In this document: piece after piece, positions 62,139-64,000 of the stretch
How the letters are laid out: every line of letters begins with the position of its first letter
How positions within the stretch are numbered: position 1 is the first letter of the stretch
Assembly (NCBI GenBank): GCA_963663765.2
Contig: CAXXUA010000005.1
Location: forward strand, 1 to 64,000
Length of the DNA: 64,000 nt
Direction of reading: 5' to 3'
Source of the DNA: Candidatus Poribacteria bacterium
Lineage (GTDB): Bacteria; Poribacteria; WGA-4E; WGA-3G
The notes under the pieces: generated by a model
The model's database searches: none
Told to the model about the DNA's origin: nothing
Seen by the model: the letters and a program-made list of their open reading frames with translations, nothing else
Position numbers and translations under genes: made by a program

Positions 62139-63491
62139 TTAATCGTAAGTACGGAAATTGAGAAACGTCATCCGATTAGAAGTAATATTAACATCTTTTA
62201 TGGACATACGATCCCTAACTAATCCATTGGTATCCAAAAAAGAAAGCGAAATATTATGTGTTCCTTCGGGAAGGGGCATCCGCACCATATATATTTGATT
62301 GGGAAGAGTCTGCCATGAACGTGTATCCGCACTTTCAGTGATTGCACCTGCGAGATTCACAACTGCTCCTAATATTTTATTTTGTTTCTTTGCTTTCTTG
62401 GTTAGTAAGTATTTTCCTAACGCGCGTATTAACGTACGGATGATGATTACGCCACGTTGTGATTTCATGGTTTCTATTGCCAACGTCTCCACATCTTCTA
62501 TTAACACGCCAGAGGTCGTTTCTCCGCCTACCGAAACCCGAATACCGTTGTAAACAGGACGATTTGAATGTATTATCGGTATTGCAACACGCAAGAGATA
62601 TTCTAATTCTACTTCATCAACAACCATGCCTTCACGGGTATGGAGAGTTCGGGCAAACTTTATGGAGTCATCGTTATCTTCCTCTCCAAACTTATCAACT
62701 TTGAGGATAGGGAACGTCAGTGATTCCTCTAACTTCCGTGGCACATAACCCGTTTCATAAAAGAATATCAACTCACCATTGTTTTTTGGAAGTGAAGGTG
62801 ATTCGCCGTATTGATCAAGATAACGTTCATAATCATCGGTAAAGTTGAGTCTGCGGGACAGACGTACAAGCGAATGACCGACATCTTCTGGAATTGGCAC
62901 ACCCGTTAATTCAGCGGCATTCTTATAGTATTCTGCTGCTTGCTTAAATGAAATCAGGGCATTATTCCACTCACCTGCGGCTTCAAACACTAATCCAGAG
63001 AAGTGTGCAAGAAACCCAGTTCCAAAAAAGTTATATTTATCATCTTCACCCTTGAAGTATTGAATGAGATTAGAAGCACGACGACATTCAACCAAAGCAC
63101 CTTCTAAATTATCTGCGTAAATATAATTCAGAGCACTATAGTAATGACTCAATAACCTTTCATACTTGGTGCCTGTATAAGGACGGACATTATCTGAGGT
63201 AATCAACGAAAGAGCTTCTTTGGATACACTTTTGGTGAAACGATCCTCTGCGATCATTTCCGCTTCTTCAAATGCTTTACTACTTTCAGAAAATAGGTCA
63301 GCGTAATGGGCAACTATTGCTAACTCATATTGAAATGGGATATCAGGTTTTTTAGGTGAGTTCTTATTGAGATAATTGTAAGCATTTTTGGGGTTACCAG
63401 ATTGCAATCCATTTTTGACCGTTTGGAATTTATAACTGGAACACCCTATTAACAAAGATGCAATAACTAATATGGGTAGTATTTTTTTCAT
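62139..63491 (-). CDS. COG3014-like lipoprotein
   Basis: LIGC lipobox, Y.G..YE, ALVECRR and ADTRSWQTLP motifs; downstream of an LpoB-like gene. Confidence 0.8.
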   Translation of the reverse strand: MKKILPILVIASLLIGCSSYKFQTVKNGLQSGNPKNAYNYLNKNSPKKPDIPFQYELAIVAHYADLFSESSKAFEEAEMIAEDRFTKSVSKEALSLITSDNVRPYTGTKYERLLSHYYSALNYIYADNLEGALVECRRASNLIQYFKGEDDKYNFFGTGFLAHFSGLVFEAAGEWNNALISFKQAAEYYKNAAELTGVPIPEDVGHSLVRLSRRLNFTDDYERYLDQYGESPSLPKNNGELIFFYETGYVPRKLEESLTFPILKVDKFGEEDNDDSIKFARTLHTREGMVVDEVELEYLLRVAIPIIHSNRPVYNGIRVSVGGETTSGVLIEDVETLAIETMKSQRGVIIIRTLIRALGKYLLTKKAKKQNKILGAVVNLAGAITESADTRSWQTLPNQIYMVRMPLPEGTHNISLSFLDTNGLVRDRMSIKDVNITSNRMTFLNFRTYD

Positions 63492-63575
63492 AGGTATATC
63501 AAATATATAACAATGAGAGTAGGCGGGTATAAGGACCCGCCCAAAAATCAATGTTAGAATTAATCTCAATAGGAT

Positions 63576-64000
63576 TTACATTTTAAATTTTCCACGTCCA
63601 ATGAATTTTTTAATTTTTTCCTGACCGATCCATACTTTTTCATTACTTTCAATATGAGTCAAGGTCAGATCGGTTTGGTAAAACACGACTTGTTTACCGC
63701 CTTCGCGATCCTCAATGGTATTGATCTCACCCGTCATCATATAGTCTGCACCGAGTTCGCGTCCCATCCGTTTGATGGTCTCAATTGCTGCATTTTCGCT
63801 CTGATCCGCACGTTCTTCTCTGATTTCGTCACGCTCACTCTTGCTGGACACAGGACGGACTTTGCCAGAATTGATAAATGCACGTTCAATATCGCTGACA
63901 AACGTTTGGGTAGCAATATGTTCCATACTTTTATTTCGGATTGCACCCACAATTACGATTGGTTTGGCAGATGCGGAAGTCATATGATTAGTAAGCCAGA
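63576..64000 (-). CDS. lpoB: penicillin-binding protein activator LpoB-like lipoprotein (partial, 5' end outside window)
   Basis: IRNKSMEHI, GADYMMTGEI and FYQ..LTL..IESNEKVWIG..KIKK motifs. Confidence 0.75.
   Translation of the reverse strand, partial: WLTNHMTSASAKPIVIVGAIRNKSMEHIATQTFVSDIERAFINSGKVRPVSSKSERDEIREERADQSENAAIETIKRMGRELGADYMMTGEINTIEDREGGKQVVFYQTDLTLTHIESNEKVWIGQEKIKKFIGRGKFKM

Overview
AT-rich (roughly 40% GC by eye) bacterial window. The secreted WD40, LRR, cadherin and dockerin proteins, C-terminal W-x-x-L-K tails, several Uma2 genes and very dense REP/MITE content suggest a Candidatus Poribacteria-like host (inference). Two dehydrogenases (436-2862) are followed by a repeat mosaic and a decayed mobile/defence island (about 4-26 kb). 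The island holds IS5, IS982, IS1 and IS630 remnants, a broken tyrosine recombinase, a broken type III res, an XRE-ImmA/IrrE plus DUF4411 pair, a DUF3800 gene with a probable downstream structured RNA, a type III R-M operon, Uma2 and Fic. The type III mod gene is frameshifted at an (AG)9 tract (phase-variation signature), and the operon encloses a frameshifted ADP-ribosyltransferase-like gene plus a small partner ORF; this is the most striking candidate for a new system. The Fic promoter carries a 40-bp palindromic tandem array. Further on are an oxidoreductase, a Thr-type sulfatase-like hydrolase, a split FRG-TPR gene, two paralogous secreted peptidase-cadherin proteins, an intact ISAs1 with its MITE family, a tnpB-less IS200/IS605 derivative, a prophage terminase remnant, and housekeeping genes (glnD, trmB, uvrC, YibE/F, iscS, lpoB). 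At least six MITE families carry GTAG-type REP hairpins, and three polar tandem REP-arm arrays are present. No CRISPR array, tRNA or rRNA was found.
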